From Bryobacterales bacterium (GTDB lineage Bacteria; Acidobacteriota; Terriglobia; Bryobacterales; UBA6623), in assembly GCA_963422375.2 (NCBI GenBank), contig OY729428.2, positions 2,624,001-2,688,000 on the forward strand: a stretch of DNA of 64,000 nt, in the 5' to 3' direction. The translations under genes were made by a program, and so were the position numbers. The notes beneath the pieces were generated by a model, which ran no database searches, was not told where the DNA came from, and was given only the letters and a program-made list of their open reading frames with translations. How positions within the stretch are numbered: position 1 is the first letter of the stretch; each line of letters begins with the position of its first letter. Positions 19,208 to 30,257 of this stretch are shown piece by piece.

Positions 19208-20533
19208 TTACGCTGTAATCTTGTACAGCGCCGAGTGCGTCCGGATCAGCAACGCGCCGCCAGCGATCGCGGGCGTGGCCATGCACATCTCACTGAGCTT
19301 GTTGGCGCCGAGCAGCTTGAACTCCGGCCCCGCGCCGATAACGAACGTCGTGCCCTCCTCGTCGAGGCAGAAGACGTTCCCGTCGTAGGCCCACGGGGAA
19401 GCGGTGAAATTCGCCGAGTCCCGCGAGACCCGCTGCTTGCCGTAAACCTCCGCGCCGGAGCGCGCGTCATGGCAGGTCAGGAACCCTTGGTCGAACAGCG
19501 TGTAGTAGAGGCCCCGGTAGACCAGGCCCGACGGGTGGTAGGGGCCTCCCCTCGGCACGCTCCATGCGATGTGCTCGCCGGACGTTTCCCCCTCGGCCAG
19601 AGTGATGTCGCCGGAAGCTCCGGGACGAATCGCGTAGATCGGGCGGTCCTCGCTGTTCATGTAGCCGGAGGTGATGTAGAGCAGGCCGCCCGAGGCGAAG
19701 GGCGTCGGGATGGCGAGGGAGGACAGACGACCCAGTTCCCATAGCAGCGTCCCGTCCGTGTCGTACGAGCGCACGCGGTTCTTCCCGACCGTGACGATCT
19801 CGGTCCGGCTGCCGCTTTCCCAGACGAAGGGCGTGGACCAAGTCGTGGGTTCGTCCCGTCCGACCCGCCAGATCTCCTGGCCCGTGAGCTTGTCCAGCGC
19901 CACTAGGTACGACTCGCCTTCGTGGTCGTTCGCGATGTACAGGCGCCCTCCGTGCAGCGCGGGCGACGAAGCGGTGCCGTACCCCCAGCGGGTCCGCACG
20001 GGATTCCACGCCCGCGACCAGACCGCCTTGCCGTCGTAGTCGAGGCACCAAGTGCCGAGGTCGCCGACGTGCGCGAACACGCGCTGGCCGTCCGTCACTG
20101 CCGTCTCGGATGCGAAGGAGTTCTTGCGGTGCCTTCCCACCTCCGGCACGCCCTTGTGCAGCTCCGACTGCCAGAGCTGCTTGCCGCTGCCGAGGTCGAT
20201 GCAGTGCGCCAGCCAGAGGTGCTCGTCATCGGGCTTGGGGCTTTCGACGGCCCCTTGGTAGAAGCCACCCCGCGGCGCGTCCTGCATGCTGGCGGCTCGC
20301 GCGGAGGTCAGGAAGACGCGGTCGTCCCAAGCGATCGGCGAGGACCACCCGCTCCCGCCGATCTGGTGCTTCCACTCGACGTTTTCCGTCGCGCTCCAGG
20401 AGGACGGCAGCCCCGACTCGTCGGCGGGCACACCGGTCGCCCCCGGGCCGCGAAACTGGGGCCAGTGCGCCATCCCCCGGCCCAGCGCCAGCGGCGCGGC
20501 GGCAACGGAAAGGAGTTCCCTGCGGTTCAGCAT
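19208..20533 (-). CDS. PQQ-binding-like beta-propeller repeat protein, Tat-like signal
   Basis: MLNRRELL; WPQFRGPG, GWSSPI, YGTASSP, LVALDKLTG, TWSTP, FTASP, MATPAI. Confidence 0.88.
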   Translation of the reverse strand: MLNRRELLSVAAAPLALGRGMAHWPQFRGPGATGVPADESGLPSSWSATENVEWKHQIGGSGWSSPIAWDDRVFLTSARAASMQDAPRGGFYQGAVESPKPDDEHLWLAHCIDLGSGKQLWQSELHKGVPEVGRHRKNSFASETAVTDGQRVFAHVGDLGTWCLDYDGKAVWSRAWNPVRTRWGYGTASSPALHGGRLYIANDHEGESYLVALDKLTGQEIWRVGRDEPTTWSTPFVWESGSRTEIVTVGKNRVRSYDTDGTLLWELGRLSSLAIPTPFASGGLLYITSGYMNSEDRPIYAIRPGASGDITLAEGETSGEHIAWSVPRGGPYHPSGLVYRGLYYTLFDQGFLTCHDARSGAEVYGKQRVSRDSANFTASPWAYDGNVFCLDEEGTTFVIGAGPEFKLLGANKLSEMCMATPAIAGGALLIRTHSALYKITA

Positions 20534-20967
20534 CTCTTCACCATCATCCTGTTGGTGCCATTCTGCACCACTTCGTCCCGCTGATTGACCACTTCGTATT
20601 CCACGGTGACCACGCCCCGGTCGGTCTTGGAGCGCGAGGCCCGCTTGTCCGACACGCGCAGCCGGGCGCGGATCGTGTCGCCGACATGTATCGGACCGGC
20701 GAATTCCCACGACCAATGCAGCGAGGCAATCGCCTCGACCTGGAACGTCGAGCGGTGCTTGAGCCCGTCGGCAATCGCGAGGCCGAGCAGGCCGTGGGCG
20801 ACTCGACGGCCGAACGGCGTCTGGCGGGCGTACTCTTCGTTCGTATGCAGTTCGAAGAAGTCCATCGACACCGCTGCGAAGGTCATCACGTGCCAGTCGG
20901 TCAGGGTAATCCCGGGGGTTTCGTGAGCCTCCCCTACCTCGATCTCGTCAAACAGTCGCCCGCGCAT
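20527..20967 (-). CDS. MaoC-family dehydratase (hot-dog fold)
   Basis: FAAVSMDFFELH, YARQTPFGRRVAHGLL, FAGPIHVGDTI, VVNQRDEVV; overlaps the next gene by 7 bp. Confidence 0.9.
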   Translation of the reverse strand: MRGRLFDEIEVGEAHETPGITLTDWHVMTFAAVSMDFFELHTNEEYARQTPFGRRVAHGLLGLAIADGLKHRSTFQVEAIASLHWSWEFAGPIHVGDTIRARLRVSDKRASRSKTDRGVVTVEYEVVNQRDEVVQNGTNRMMVKRC

Positions 20968-21033
20968 CGCCGAATCGCAAGTATAGGCGATCCCGGCGCG
21001 TTGGACGCCGGCCGAATATAGTAGGCGCTAGCC

Positions 21034-22605
21034 ATGGATGGACCGCGCCGCCCTGACCCGAACCTACGCTGGCGCGCCGCGGCAGCGCTCCTCGCGACGG
21101 CCCTCGCCGGCTGCCAGTCCGCCGCCCCGGACGACTCCCGCCCGAACATCATCTTCCTGCTCACGGACGACCAAAGGGCCGACGCCTTGGGAATCGCCGG
21201 GCATCCGGTCCTCGAGACTCCCAATCTGGACCGCCTCGCGCGAGAGGGCGTGCGCTTCACCGAAGCGCATGTCGTCGCGCCAGTGTGCATGCCCAGCCGC
21301 ACCAGCTTCATGAACGGGCAGTACGAACGCGTCCATCAGATCGGATTCTCCTCGCCGAACGTGCTGTCCGACGCCCAATGGGAGCGGACCTATCCCGCGA
21401 CCCTCCGCCGCGCCGGCTACTACGTGGGATTCGTCGGAAAGATCGGCCTGCAGCAGTACTCCTTCCGGGGCAGGCCGCTCGAGAAGTTCGATTTCTGGCG
21501 CGGCCACGACGACTGGGCGCGCTTCTGGCCCAAGGAATTCGAGCACCTGTCCGTCTACCACGATTCCGCGGCCGACATGGTGACCCCGATCATGAGCGAG
21601 AGCGTCGAGCGATTCCTCGACACCGCGCCGCGCGACCGGCCGTTCATACTCTCCGTCAGCTTTTCCGCCCCGCACGGGTCGATCTCCGGAAGCATGCTCT
21701 ATCCGGATGAGGAGGGCGCGACGCGCATGACGCGCCCTGCCAGCACGCACCCGAGGCTCGTCGACCACCCGGTCTACGGGGGACTCTATCGCGACCGGGA
21801 GATCCCGGCTCCGGACTCGTTCGGCGACGACACGGCCAAGCATATTCCGCTGGACGTGCATCCGCGCGAGGGACGCATGCAGACCTATTCCTACAGCTAT
21901 GCCGGCGAGGAAGTGCTGCGCGAGCATAGTGTCCGGTACCTCCAGTTGGTCCACGGAGTGGATATCGCCGTCGGCCAGCTGCGCGAGAGTCTCGGCAGGA
22001 GGGGCCTAGCCGACAACACGGTGATCATCTTCTCCAGCGACCACGGCCTGCTGATGGGCGAGTACGCAATGGGCGGGAAGTCGGTGCTCTACGACATCGC
22101 CACGCGAGTCCCGCTGATCGTCTACGACCCGCGACCGGCCGCCGGGAATCGCGGCCTGGAGATCGAGGAGCTGGTTCTCAGCATCGACGTGCCGACGACG
22201 ATCGTCTCCTACGCCGGCGCGGCCGTTCCGCCCAGCATGCAGGGGCGGGACCTGCGCCCGCTCATGCGGGATCCCGATCTCGCATGGCGGGACGAGATCT
22301 TCCTGGAAAGCCTCTTCCTGCTGCGCACCGGGCCGTTTATAGAGGCGGTGCGGACCAAGGAATGGAAATACGTTCGGTACTTTCGGTCCGAAGAGTCGCA
22401 CTACGCGGAGGAGGACACTGACTTCGCTGCTGGCACCCCGGACTTCGAGCAGCTCTTCGACCTTGTCAACGACCCTGCCGAGGAAACGAACCTGATTGGC
22501 GAGGCGTCGCAGGCGGCCCGCGCGGCGGACTTCCGCGAGCGCTGCAAGATGCACTCCGCGACGCTCGTGCGCGCCCGAGCGGACACGGCGACCTATCCTC
22601 GCTAG
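21034..22605 (+). CDS. Formylglycine-dependent sulfatase, probable lipoprotein
   Basis: Lipobox-like LAGC; PNIIFLLTDDQ, CMPSR, GFVGK, SFSAPH, FSSDHG, RVPLIV, LFDLVNDP.E. Confidence 0.92.
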   Translation: MDGPRRPDPNLRWRAAAALLATALAGCQSAAPDDSRPNIIFLLTDDQRADALGIAGHPVLETPNLDRLAREGVRFTEAHVVAPVCMPSRTSFMNGQYERVHQIGFSSPNVLSDAQWERTYPATLRRAGYYVGFVGKIGLQQYSFRGRPLEKFDFWRGHDDWARFWPKEFEHLSVYHDSAADMVTPIMSESVERFLDTAPRDRPFILSVSFSAPHGSISGSMLYPDEEGATRMTRPASTHPRLVDHPVYGGLYRDREIPAPDSFGDDTAKHIPLDVHPREGRMQTYSYSYAGEEVLREHSVRYLQLVHGVDIAVGQLRESLGRRGLADNTVIIFSSDHGLLMGEYAMGGKSVLYDIATRVPLIVYDPRPAAGNRGLEIEELVLSIDVPTTIVSYAGAAVPPSMQGRDLRPLMRDPDLAWRDEIFLESLFLLRTGPFIEAVRTKEWKYVRYFRSEESHYAEEDTDFAAGTPDFEQLFDLVNDPAEETNLIGEASQAARAADFRERCKMHSATLVRARADTATYPR

Positions 22606-22934
22606 CCCGCGGCCGGCCAGGTCGAAGGAAGCGGGCTGCGCCGCCAGCCGCCCCGAGCGAGCCCGCCTTCCGACACCCGGTGCCCTGCGCCGCCTGCGCC
22701 CCCCGGACCCGCGCACGGAGCAAGCGCCGGCGCGCCCGAGGGCATTGGACGGCATGAGTCCGGACCGCTCGAGGGTTCCGCGCGCGCCCGGATCCGGGCG
22801 GGGCCCATCGCCCGGCACCGCAGCCGCCGGCGCCAGCCTTGACCGGGCGCGCGCGGCCAGCGTATACTTGGACTTGAAGGGCGGCCCGGCGGGCAGCCCC
22901 GTATTTCCGGATCCAGGGGACAGGACGGGCCCGC

Positions 22935-23243
22935 ATGTACGCGATAATCGAAACCGGCGGCAAGCAGTACACCGTGTCGCCGGGTGACGAAATCCGAGTG
23001 GAAAAGCTCGGCGGCGACGTCGGCGATCCCGTCGAGTTTCGCAGGGTGCTGGCCGTGTCCGGCGACGACGGGGTGCTGCGGGCCGGCAGTGAGGCCCGAG
23101 CAACCGTGGCGGCAAAGATCGCCGAACACGGTCGCGGCGAGAAGATCGACGTCTTCAAATTCAAGCGTCGGAAGATGTATCGTCGCAGGATGGGGCATCG
23201 CCAGGATTACACCCAAGTCCGGATCGAGTCGATCGAGGCATAG
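22935..23243 (+). CDS. rplU: 50S ribosomal protein L21
   Basis: MYAIIETGGKQY...FKFKRRKMYRRRMGHRQDYT. Confidence 0.98.
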   Translation: MYAIIETGGKQYTVSPGDEIRVEKLGGDVGDPVEFRRVLAVSGDDGVLRAGSEARATVAAKIAEHGRGEKIDVFKFKRRKMYRRRMGHRQDYTQVRIESIEA

Positions 23244-23270
23244 CCGGAACGGCAAGCAGCAGGAGCGGGC

Positions 23271-23531
23271 ATGGCGCACAAGAAAGGCCAAGGCACCTCG
23301 CGCAACGGACGCGACTCCCAGTCGAAGCGCCTCGGCGTGAAGCGATTCGCGGGCGAGACGGTGACCAGCGGGAGCATCCTCGTGCGGCAGCGCGGCACGA
23401 AGTTCCGTCCCGGGCTGAACGTGGGACGCGGCAGGGACGACACGCTGTTCGCCAAGATCGACGGCATCGTGGAGTTCCGTGATCGCGGGCGCCTGGGACG
23501 CATGATCAGCGTGCATCCCGACGGCGCCTGA
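23271..23531 (+). CDS. rpmA: 50S ribosomal protein L27
   Basis: [24 protein letters not shown]...[13 protein letters not shown]. Confidence 0.98.
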   Translation: MAHKKGQGTSRNGRDSQSKRLGVKRFAGETVTSGSILVRQRGTKFRPGLNVGRGRDDTLFAKIDGIVEFRDRGRLGRMISVHPDGA

Positions 23532-24942
23532 GTGCTGCCCGTAGCGCTTGGACGTGTCGGCGGCCGGTCGGAGCGCGACGTAGCGGCAGAATAGCCAGCC
23601 AGACTAGGACCGGGGCGTACTCGAGGCCGACCAGGTACGGATCGTACTCCCAGTAACCGGTGGTCTCGTAGCCTGCGACAACGTGGTGGGCCAGCGCCAC
23701 CGAGGCCGTCCACAGCAGCAGGGGAGCGGACGGACGCACCGCGAGCAACGGCAGCATCCACGTCAGGTACCACGGGAAGCAGTTCGGCGAAACCAGCAGC
23801 AGCGCGCACACCGCCGCGAGTTCCCCGGCGAGCGCGGGCAGGGGCGCGAGCCGCGCGGCCACGATCGCGGCTAGCAGCACCGACTGCGCGAGACCGGCGG
23901 CCGCAGCCATGTCGCCCCCGGTGAGTTCGAGAAACGCTGCGAACAGGCTGTCGTTGTTGCGCCACTGGCCCGCGAAGCCCTCCAGCACCGAAAGCACGCC
24001 CGCGATGCTCCCCCGGTACGGCAGGCAAAGCGCGGCGGCGGCCGCGGCACCGGCCATCACGGCCTGCCACTCTACGCGCCAGCGACCTCCCGCCGTCCGC
24101 AGCGCCACGAAGGGCAGGAGCACGATGGGCCAGAACTTGCACATCGTCGCGACCGAGAGGGCGACGAGCGCGGCGACGGGCCGTCTTCGCGCGGACAGAG
24201 TGAGCGCGACCACAACGAATACGAGGGCCAGCGCGTCGTTGTGCCCTTCGATCCAGAACTCGGTGACCGCGAGCGGTGACCACAAGTAGACGAGGGCCCA
24301 GGAGCGCGGGCGGCCGACAGCCCCCAAGAGCGCCATCAGGGCGATGCCGACCGCCAGATCGGCCAGCCCGAACGGGAGCTTGAACAGGCGCACCTGCCGC
24401 CAGGCGTCGGCGTCCCAGTGCCGCACCAGCCAGTAGGTCCACAAGTTCACCTGCTCGGTAACGGGGCCGTAGGGCGAAGGCATGTCCTTGCCGGCGACTC
24501 GCGGCCAAGTGTCGTCGCGCAATCCCTCCCAAGCCGGATCTGCCGGGACCGATACGTAGGGATCCCCGCCTGCCAGCTGGACCATCCCCTGCCAGCGGTA
24601 GCGGACGGAATCCTCGGACAGGCTCGGGTACAGGGGGGCGACGGTCAGACGGAACGCGAGCGCGGCGAACCAGACCAGCCGCAGGACCGCGGCTTGCGAG
24701 CCGGCGCGTTCCGTCCGCGTGACCAGCCAGCAGGCCGCGACGTACGGGATCGAAACCAGTAGATAATAGGTGATGAACTCCGTCAGTCGGGTCGCCGGCC
24801 TGTCCAGCTGCAAGACGAGCCAGAGGCCCCCTTCTATCAGGGCGGCGCACGCCGCAAGGGCCAGAGCCGTCCGGCCTCCGGCCGGACTGGCGGATGCGCC
24901 GCCGGTCGCGGAATGAGTGCGCGGAGCCAAGCTCTGCCACAA
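23506..24942 (-). CDS. Polytopic GT-C membrane glycosyltransferase (GT87/DUF2029-like)
   Basis: [30 protein letters not shown]...GHNDAL, FPWYLTW; many hydrophobic segments. Start uncertain. Confidence 0.78.
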   Translation of the reverse strand: MWQSLAPRTHSATGGASASPAGGRTALALAACAALIEGGLWLVLQLDRPATRLTEFITYYLLVSIPYVAACWLVTRTERAGSQAAVLRLVWFAALAFRLTVAPLYPSLSEDSVRYRWQGMVQLAGGDPYVSVPADPAWEGLRDDTWPRVAGKDMPSPYGPVTEQVNLWTYWLVRHWDADAWRQVRLFKLPFGLADLAVGIALMALLGAVGRPRSWALVYLWSPLAVTEFWIEGHNDALALVFVVVALTLSARRRPVAALVALSVATMCKFWPIVLLPFVALRTAGGRWRVEWQAVMAGAAAAAALCLPYRGSIAGVLSVLEGFAGQWRNNDSLFAAFLELTGGDMAAAAGLAQSVLLAAIVAARLAPLPALAGELAAVCALLLVSPNCFPWYLTWMLPLLAVRPSAPLLLWTASVALAHHVVAGYETTGYWEYDPYLVGLEYAPVLVWLAILPLRRAPTGRRHVQALRAALRRRRDAR

Positions 24943-24953
24943 GCGTAGCGCAG

Positions 24954-26456
24954 ATGGATTGGCTCGGAATCGGCATCCTTGGCACCTATTTCGGCCTGAT
25001 GGTCGTGCTGAGCCTCTTCGGCCTGCATCGGTACGCGCTCGTCTACATGTACTACCGGCACCGCCGCGACCGGCAGGGCCCGCCTGCGGCGCGGCTCGAT
25101 TCCCTGCCCCCGGTCACGGTGCAGCTGCCCGTCTATAACGAGCGGTTCGTAGTGGAGGAGCTGCTGGAGGCCGCATGCGCGCTGCGCTACCCGCGACACC
25201 TTCTCCAGATTCAGGTGCTCGACGACTCCGACGACGAGACCCGCGCGGTCCTCGAACGCGTCGTGGCGGCCAAGCGCTCCCAGGGGCAGCCCGTGGAATA
25301 CCTGCGCCGGTCCGACAGGACGGGGTACAAGGCGGGAGCGCTCGAAGCGGGGCTGCGCCGCGCGACGGGCGATCTGATTGCCGTGTTCGACGCCGACTTC
25401 ACTCCGCAGCCCGACTTTCTCGAGCGCACCGTGCATTATTTCTCCGAGCCGGCCGTCGGGATGGTGCAGGCTCGGTGGACCTACCGCAATCGCAGCCTGT
25501 CGCTACTGACCCGCGTGCAGGCCATGCTACTCGATGGCCACTTCGTGTTCGAGCACGGCGGGCGCGCTCGCTCGGGCCGATTCTTCAACTTCAACGGCAC
25601 GGCCGGGGTTCTGCGCAAGGCCGCCATCGAGGACGCCGGCGGGTGGCAGCACGACACCCTGACGGAGGACACGGACCTGAGCTACCGCGCGCAGCTGCGC
25701 GGATGGGAGTTCGTGTACGTCCCGCAAGTGGAGGCGCCGTCGGAACTTCCGACCGACATGGCCTCGTTCCAGATCCAGCAGCACCGCTGGGCGAAGGGCC
25801 TGATCCAGACCGGCATCAAGCTCCTGCCCCGGGTCTTCCGGTCCGACCAGCCGCTGCGCGTCAAGACGGAGGCGCTCTTCCATCTGACGGCGAATGTCTC
25901 CTACCCGCTGATGCTGGTCATGGCGGGTTTGCTGCTCCCTTCGATGCTCGTGCGGCACGCGAGCCTGGACGGCAGGCTGCTCTGGCTCGACCTTCCGGCC
26001 TTCCTCCTCACGTTCTGTTCACTGTCTAGCTTCTACACCCTCGCCCAGCACGAGCTCGGCCGAGGAGGGATCCACCGTCACCTGCACATGATCCCCGCGC
26101 TGGTCGCAACCGGCATCGGCCTGGCAATCAGCAACAGCCGCGCGGCTCTCGGTGCGATAATCGGATCCCGGTCCGCGTTCGAGAGGACGGCAAAGTACAG
26201 TTCCAAGCCGAGTGCCGCGCGCGCGGCGAGACGGGTCTACGGCAGGCGCGGAGGCTGGCGGGTCGCGGCCAATCTGGCAGCGGCGGCCTATCTCGCTGCC
26301 TGCCTAGGCGTTGCCGGCTACATCGGCCACTGGCTGGGAATGCCGGTTGTGCTGCTGTTTCTCGCCGGTTTCCTGTATGCCGCGGTGTCCATGTTGGCAG
26401 ATCGGCCGCGACGCGAGACGCAGGCACTGTGCGCGATTGACGAACCGGCGGGGTAG
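24954..26456 (+). CDS. Processive GT2 glycosyltransferase (cellulose synthase-like)
   Basis: VTVQLPVYNE, VLDDS, GYKAGAL, FDADF, FNGTAG, TLTEDTDLS, QQHRWAKG (D,D,D,QxxRW). Confidence 0.92.
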   Translation: MDWLGIGILGTYFGLMVVLSLFGLHRYALVYMYYRHRRDRQGPPAARLDSLPPVTVQLPVYNERFVVEELLEAACALRYPRHLLQIQVLDDSDDETRAVLERVVAAKRSQGQPVEYLRRSDRTGYKAGALEAGLRRATGDLIAVFDADFTPQPDFLERTVHYFSEPAVGMVQARWTYRNRSLSLLTRVQAMLLDGHFVFEHGGRARSGRFFNFNGTAGVLRKAAIEDAGGWQHDTLTEDTDLSYRAQLRGWEFVYVPQVEAPSELPTDMASFQIQQHRWAKGLIQTGIKLLPRVFRSDQPLRVKTEALFHLTANVSYPLMLVMAGLLLPSMLVRHASLDGRLLWLDLPAFLLTFCSLSSFYTLAQHELGRGGIHRHLHMIPALVATGIGLAISNSRAALGAIIGSRSAFERTAKYSSKPSAARAARRVYGRRGGWRVAANLAAAAYLAACLGVAGYIGHWLGMPVVLLFLAGFLYAAVSMLADRPRRETQALCAIDEPAG

Positions 26457-26583
26457 CATTCTCGCGGGAGACGCGGCGCCGGGGGGAAGGTGCCTGAAGG
26501 AGCGGAGCCCTGCCACCGCACGGACTCGCCATCACGGCAAGGTGCCCGCGTCGCGCGCAGAAACTTGTATGAAATCGGCATGA

Positions 26584-26901
26584 TTACAGCGGGTCAATCG
26601 ATGGTCCGATAGAACTTTCTATGGCCGTGACACGGGCGGTTCGATGGGATTCGAGTTGCAGCTCCGTGAGGCGTGTATCTCTGCGCTCGCCTAAGAATGC
26701 AGAATGGATTAGCAACAAATTCCCGCGAATTTGCACCGGAGTCTCAAAGCTCGGGGTCCCTGCCGTCCGAGTCATTCTCAGGATCACTGCGATTCCCACG
26801 AGCATGGAGCGAATCGCGTAGCTCCACCTTGCCTTCTCGGAAGTGCGCATCGCAACGCTAACGATTGCACAGCCCAGAGGCGCGGAGCGGGAGCGCGCCA
26901 T
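26584..26901 (-). CDS. Possible small hypothetical protein or decayed gene
   Basis: GGGAAGGGAG upstream of an ATG; ~105 open codons with one hydrophobic stretch; lower GC than flanks; no family recognised. Confidence 0.25.
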   Translation of the reverse strand: MARSRSAPLGCAIVSVAMRTSEKARWSYAIRSMLVGIAVILRMTRTAGTPSFETPVQIRGNLLLIHSAFLGERRDTRLTELQLESHRTARVTAIESSIGPSIDPL

Positions 26902-28399
26902 GCTGGTCGAGTCTCCCTTCCCGGCGCAACGAGACCTGATTGCCGCTGGCCGGCCCGGAACCCGCGCCGACCGCATGCGGCCCGCAGGCGCACGACGATG
27001 ACCAAGGCAGGCCAGCGGCAACGCATCTGCCGTCGCAAATCTGAATCCCCGACGGACCACAACGGAATGACACTCGGTCCTCCGCATGGGGCGGGCACCC
27101 GACACGAGACACCTCAACCGCTCGGGTCCCGAAGACGTCTGTGACCGCTCGCTTCCTCGAACCCGACCCGCCCTGCCGCCACCGGCACGAGGTTCTCGGC
27201 GCTCGCTTCGTCGACGGCGAGCCGCGGGCGGGGGCGGCCGAGGGTCGAGCGAGCGCCAGAGCCTCGTCCGCTTCGGGTGCAGGGCCAACAAGCCGTGCCT
27301 CGTCAAGGCTGGCTGCGCCGACCGAGAGGAGGCGATCCGGTGGCTCGGCAAGAGGCTCCTCCGCTTGGCCCTTGGGTAGCCCGGTCCGCGCAAGTTGTCA
27401 TATGAATGCCTACCGTTGGGAATGCGGGCAAGCGCCTGCAGCCGGTTCGCAGGCCGGCGCGTCCGCGTCCGCTAGGTTCGAAGCTGTCCCCGGACCGGAG
27501 TCCTCGACGCGCCCATCGGAGCGGACGGCTACGGCTCATCGCGCTTGGTCCCGGGCATCCGCTATAGTGGACAATGGCAGGACTTGGACGAGTACGGAGC
27601 GCAACTAACGAAACGACATCGCCGCCACGGATGCGGGCTTGATGCCAGGCACGGCGGCTTCCGATCAGGCTCTAAGTGTCGATGACTCCTTAGATGGCGC
27701 GGGCGGCCGACGGTGCCCGCCTGCCCGCAGGCGAGATGGATGCGCAGGCGGCCGGCTATGGCGTGCGTGCCCGAAGATCTCCAACTTTCCATGCGGGCCC
27801 CCGTGACATCCGTGCGAGACCGAGCGCAGGCGCACTCGGAGAAGATTCGGACGCCTCGCTTCCGGCTTCCCCGCCTGCACGGAGAGAGGGCCGAGGCCGT
27901 CCGATCGCAGCCTTACCGGGGGCGGCCGCCCTTGGCTCGCAGGACGCACCGGCAGGATACGCCGGCCGCTCGGGCGCGCGTTCCCTGTGCATCGAGGCAG
28001 ACGCTCGGACAGTCTGGCGGCGGCGTGCGAGCCGCAAGACGTGTAGGCGCAGGGGACGCCTCCGCTACCGGCCACACACTGCCTCCTTGGTTCCATTCGA
28101 GCTTCGAGAGCGGCGAGTGCCGCGACAGCAAGGCCCGAGCCGCGAGCGACCGATGACCGGCCTCCATTTGAATCCACGCCGCCCGGCTGTCCACGTTACT
28201 ATGCGTGAGCGCTCCGTCCAAGGGGCGCTGCCGGAGCCCGCCGCAGCCCGACCCGGCAGCTCGCCGCCCGCGCGAGACCGACAGCGACCGAGACTCGGAT
28301 CCTGCAACGCACGGGTATCGAAGCGCGGAAACGAGGCCGGCAAGCACTCCCCGCTGGCGGGCCTCAACGGCTGCTGGCGCGCCGGAAAGGACCTCGCCT

Positions 28400-30217
28400 A
28401 TGGGCCCCGCAGAGATCTGCGCTGAGCGCCTCAACAGTCGCTACACCGAGTACAAGCATCTGAAGCGCAAGCATCGCCTCCTAGGCAATGCGCGCCTCGC
28501 CGGGGCAGCGGTCGGCCTCGCCGTCCTGTGGAGCGTCGAAACCTACCTGCCCGGGTTGACTTGGTACGCGGCGGCGCTGCTGCTGGGCGGTTTCATCTAC
28601 TCGTCCGTGAGATTCTCGAGGATCGAGAGCGCGATCTTCGACACGGGCAACGCAGTCGTTCTCTACGCCGATCCCGTGTACGGCTTTCGCAGGAACGAGG
28701 GGCCGGGACAGACTGCCAAGGACCTGCCCGTGGAAGCGGACCACCCCTTCTCGCTGGACGTGGACGTCGTCCAGCCGGACGGGCTGTTCGACCGCGTCAA
28801 CACAGCCGCGACGCGCACCGGGATGCAGGAGCTCGCCAAGCTCCTGTCGGAACCAGTCGAGACGGCGGTCATCCGGGACCGTCAGGCCGTCGTCAAGGAG
28901 CTCAAGTCCCAGCTCGATCTCCGCGAGGACTTCTACTTGACTGGTTTGAGAAAGGTTCGGTGCATCAGAACGGATGGCATGCTGGGCTGGGCTTCCAAGA
29001 AGGCGGCGCCCGTCCCTCGGTGGGTCCCGGCCGGATGCCTCGCGCTGAGCTCCGTCACTCTCGCGGCGGCGGTTGCGGCCGCGCTCGGCACATCCCCGCT
29101 GCTGGCCGGCGGGTTCGGGGCCGCGCTCCTGGCCGAGTACCTGTTCTGGCGCGGGATCAGCGCGCATCGGAAAGTTCCGTCCCTGGAAGCGGAGCGGTTT
29201 CACGTGGATTTCGCCGAGCTGCTCGCCCTCGTGCGGCTCCTGGAGAAGCAGGATTTCGAGGCGCCTCTGCTGCGACAGGTCACCCAAGCCCTCCAGAGCG
29301 ACAGCGGCAGCGCGACGCAGGCGCTGCAGCGCTTCCGTCGCGTCATCGCAATGTACGAGGCGCGACGGAACCATTTCGTAGGCATATTCGGGCCGCTGAT
29401 CCTGTACGAGACGCAGCTGGCGCTGGCGGTCGAGCGCTGGAGAGCGGAGTGGAGCGCGCAGCTGCCCCGGTGGATCAAGGCCCTCGCGATGTTCGAGGCG
29501 TACTCCTCGGTCGCCTGCTACGCCTTCGAGCATCCGATGCACACGTTCCCCGAACTGGTGGACGAGGGACCCACGTTCCGCGCAGAGAACCTAGCGCACC
29601 CTCTGCTGGGCGAGAATGCCGTGTCGAACAGCGTCACGCTGGACCGCGAACGCCCGATCCTCGTGATCAGCGGCGCCAACATGGCCGGGAAGAGCACCCT
29701 CCTGCGCTCGATCGGGATCAATCTGGCCCTGGCGTACGCCGGCGCTCCGGTGCGGTCAAAGTCGATGTCCATGTCGAGCCTGGCCGTGGTGGCCTCGATT
29801 CGCGTGACGGACTCCCTGAAGGCAGGCGAGTCGCGCTTCGCGGCCGAACTGAAGCGCATCCGACTCATGCTCGACCGAATCCGCTCGGGTATTCCGACGC
29901 TCGTCCTGATTGACGAGCTCTTCGGGGGGACCAACTCGTACGACCGCTATACGGGCGCGGTATCGCTGGCGGAGTACATTCTATGCCTCGACTCGGCGCT
30001 GGCAGTGCTGTCCACGCACGACCGCAACATCACGCGGTGGGCCGAACGGAACAGCGCCCGGATCGCGAACGCGCACTTCGCGGACGTCTTCAGCGAGGGT
30101 GACATGAAGTTCGACTACAAGCTGCGCGAGGGGCCGGCCACCAAGGGCAACGCGCTCGAGCTGATGCGGCTCGCAGGCCTGCCGATCCGCGAGCAAGGCG
30201 TTCCGCCGACAACCTGA
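28400..30217 (+). CDS. Membrane-anchored MutS-related ATPase (C-terminal MutS domain V)
   Basis: N-terminal and central TM segments; LAHPLL, ISGANMAGKSTLLRS, DSLKAGESRFAAEL, LIDELFGGTNS, STHD, FDYKLREG, NALELM. Confidence 0.88.
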   Translation: MGPAEICAERLNSRYTEYKHLKRKHRLLGNARLAGAAVGLAVLWSVETYLPGLTWYAAALLLGGFIYSSVRFSRIESAIFDTGNAVVLYADPVYGFRRNEGPGQTAKDLPVEADHPFSLDVDVVQPDGLFDRVNTAATRTGMQELAKLLSEPVETAVIRDRQAVVKELKSQLDLREDFYLTGLRKVRCIRTDGMLGWASKKAAPVPRWVPAGCLALSSVTLAAAVAAALGTSPLLAGGFGAALLAEYLFWRGISAHRKVPSLEAERFHVDFAELLALVRLLEKQDFEAPLLRQVTQALQSDSGSATQALQRFRRVIAMYEARRNHFVGIFGPLILYETQLALAVERWRAEWSAQLPRWIKALAMFEAYSSVACYAFEHPMHTFPELVDEGPTFRAENLAHPLLGENAVSNSVTLDRERPILVISGANMAGKSTLLRSIGINLALAYAGAPVRSKSMSMSSLAVVASIRVTDSLKAGESRFAAELKRIRLMLDRIRSGIPTLVLIDELFGGTNSYDRYTGAVSLAEYILCLDSALAVLSTHDRNITRWAERNSARIANAHFADVFSEGDMKFDYKLREGPATKGNALELMRLAGLPIREQGVPPTT

Positions 30218-30257
30218 GGCGGCGCGGCCGAGACGCCTGCAGCTCGCGGCCCAGCCT

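Noticed and set aside
26609..26633. atagaactttct...gacac resembling the IS630 right end
   Set aside because: Only a 12-nt exact match, no upstream homology and no partner end; likely chance.
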